A stretch of DNA of 64,000 nucleotides from Macrostomum lignano (lineage: Eukaryota): the NCBI GenBank assembly GCA_002269645.1, contig NIVC01001778.1, positions 1-64,000 of the forward strand, given 5' to 3'. Position numbers and translations under genes: made by a program. Of this stretch, positions 63,820 to 64,000 are shown in pieces (the stretch's first letter is position 1; the number at the start of each line of letters is the position of its first letter). The notes under the pieces were generated by a model. That model worked only from the letters and a program-made list of their open reading frames with translations, did no database searches and was not told the origin of the DNA.

Positions 63820-64000
63820 AACAAACAAACAACAACCAACCAAATACGACAATCAACAACAACCAACCAGCTACCAGCAACAAACAAAAAACAAACAAAC
63901 AAACAACAAACAAACAAACAATAAGCAATAAGCAAACAAACAAACAACAAACAAACAAACAAACAAACAAACAACTAACAATAAGAAACAAGCAAGCAAA
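63820..64000. repeat. (CAAA)n / CAACAA low-complexity repeat
   Basis: Directly visible. Confidence 0.85.

Overview
Eukaryotic (metazoan) genomic DNA. GC-rich exons, introns filled with minisatellites and an EF-hand/dynein-light-chain (TAL-type) gene suggest a flatworm, possibly a free-living Macrostomum-like species (inference, not verified). From left to right: (1) a frameshift-riddled multi-C2H2 zinc-finger gene on the minus strand (~0.26-4.2 kb), with a possible upstream eh1-motif exon at 6.3-6.5 kb; (2) an intact 10-exon THOC2 gene (minus, 14725-27415) in which each of the 9 introns carries a minisatellite array; (3) two non-autonomous DNA transposons, one with an 8-bp TSD and one mariner-derived; (4) a GIMAP/AIG1 GTPase cluster with two head-to-head two-exon genes and an internally deleted third copy, interrupted by a 3'-truncated non-LTR retrotransposon; (5) a tRNA-derived CORE-like SINE whose A-box appears amplified into a minisatellite; (6) a divergent H2A/H2B pair plus two orphan histone stem-loops; (7) a TAL-like gene whose 3' half lies in a near-identical ~6.5-7.1 kb tandem duplication; (8) GATA and CAAA microsatellites. 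Most long ORFs in the track are translations of tandem repeats. No prokaryotic features and no CRISPR array.
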